NCBI GenBank assembly: GCA_028023455.1
Contig: JAQFVV010000001.1
Coordinates: forward strand, 1,302,001-1,366,000
Direction of reading: 5' to 3'
From: Epiperipatus broadwayi
Lineage: Eukaryota; Animalia; Onychophora
Length of the DNA: 64,000 nt
Part shown: positions 62,537 to 64,000 of the stretch, piece by piece
Position numbering within the stretch: position 1 is the stretch's first letter
Layout: each line of letters starts with the position of its first letter
The notes under the pieces: generated by a model
The model's database searches: none
What the model saw: only the letters and a program-made list of their open reading frames with translations
Told to the model about the DNA's origin: nothing
Translations under genes and position numbers: made by a program

Positions 62537-64000
62537 CAAGGAGAAATGGGATGGTCAAGTGTTTATATAAGAGATGCAAAAAGTAAAATGGAAATGTTTG
62601 GTGGGTTGTAGTTTATGGATAATAAAAGAATAGCCAAATTAGTATTTAATTGTGTTACGAATAAAGGGCAGGTAACAAGATGGATGAAAAAGGTAAATGC
62701 GGTATGCAGGAGATTTGGATAAAGAATTTTATATCAATATACTTGTACAAAAGGTGGGATGTTTGTGTTAGGAGGATTGTTGAGTGTTATAGTGGTAAGA
62801 AATGGGATAAAAGAATAGATGCATTAATAAAGAACAGGAAGTTGGAGAGATGGAGAACTAGTATGGAGAGTAAAAAGAGTTTAAATATACACCTGAGTCT
62901 CATTTTACGCGATAGATAGGTTCCTCAGAAAACACGTGCAAACGAAATCGCGCAAAAATAGATGTAACTTACATTGAAAAAGGGGGGGTGCAGTCTGTGA
63001 TTTTTCAAAATTCGCGTAAAAGCAAAGCACCAACGTAAAATTACTTTAAAATTCACGCAAAAAAAAAAATAAGGAAATAAAATATGACTAATAAAAAATT
63101 TCAAATTTGAAAAAAATTGATACAAGAGAAATAACTATAATATTTAATTTTATTCAAAATAATATATTTTTATGCATAATTTACATTTTTTTTATACACG
63201 TTTTAATTATCGATATTTGCTGAAAAACACATTTGTTTGCAAACTGAGGAAATACAACTAGCGCTAACTTCACACTCATGTTGGGTCAATGGATTTCTGG
63301 TGACAATGTAATTAATCTTTGAGACGATGATTTTATTAATTGTTTATGAACTTAGACTTACGATAATAAAAAGACGTTTATTCACCACTGCTGGTGGGAA
63401 AAATTTAATTAAAACTAACAACTAAAAATTAAATTCTTATTTTTGTCTTTAATTTTTTAATTCCGTTTAAAAATCAAATTTCGTTTCACTGCTATTACTC
63501 ACCTTTTAAAAATAAACTTGCGGACACTAAATGATTAATAATTGATTACGATCTTTTTTAAAAAGCAAAAACAGAATGTGATTTAAAATGCAAAATTAAC
63601 ACACACAATGTTTGAACAAATTTACATTATAATCTTGTAAAATTTAATGTGTGTATATATAAAACGTGGAAATCATGATTTTAATTTCATTATTGCATAA
63701 AATCTTACTATTATAAAGCACTGAAAATATTGAAATTACTAAGATGAAAGTCGAATTCCAATAATGTGCTATTACTTTCAATATAACGTAAGTGCGCGAA
63801 ATTTATTATTTAAAGTCATAGCGCATTATCGGACTTCGTGTTAAATAAGTCCGCATAAAAACAGATCCAGGTGTATATAGAAGTAAACGGAACATTGGGT
63901 GCGAGTTAATTTATGATAATAGCAAGGAAAGTTTATTGTTTAAGGCTCGAACGGGATCTTTAGCAACAAGGGAAAGACACGTAATGGAAAAATATAGATG
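62537..64000 (+). mobile_element. Further LINE fragment of the same family, split by a MITE and running off the window
   Basis: Colinear with 61717-62160. The sequence before 62889 continues after 63874. Confidence 0.88.
62890..63873. mobile_element. TA-flanked MITE related to 4204-5116
   Basis: Left end CACCTGAGTCTCATTTTACGCG, right end CCGCATAAAAACAGATCCAGGTG, TA on both sides. The first ~250 bp align to the 4204 copy. Confidence 0.88.

Overview
This is very AT-rich animal genomic DNA, probably invertebrate; the taxon cannot be fixed from sequence alone. The only host gene I can support is cyclin A on the + strand. Five exons (15256-15479, 20088-20163, 36007-36135, 45119-45232, 57173-57306) have GT-AG boundaries and splice in frame across introns of 4.6-15.8 kb. 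The N-terminal exons and the short last exon were not found in the window. The rest is mostly transposon debris: two decayed Ty3/Gypsy LTR elements, several LINE remnants, pogo-like transposase remnants and MITEs. The main finding is a dense set of type I hammerhead ribozyme (HHR) motifs carried by four distinct small repeat families. HH-A is a 408-nt tandem array ending about 80 nt upstream of a cyclin A exon. HH-B is a circularly permuted ~450-nt unit with three insertions flanked by 10-13 bp target-site duplications. HH-C forms fold-back insertions with a B-box-like motif. The fourth is a truncated Penelope-like element with inverted terminal repeats. I count 13 complete or near-complete HHR cores, 7 of them on the cyclin A sense strand, with compensatory base changes between copies. 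Together they look like a non-LTR retrozyme/Penelope system embedded in and around the introns of a cell-cycle gene. Ribozyme activity, circRNA production and any effect on cyclin A are inferences, not shown by the sequence.
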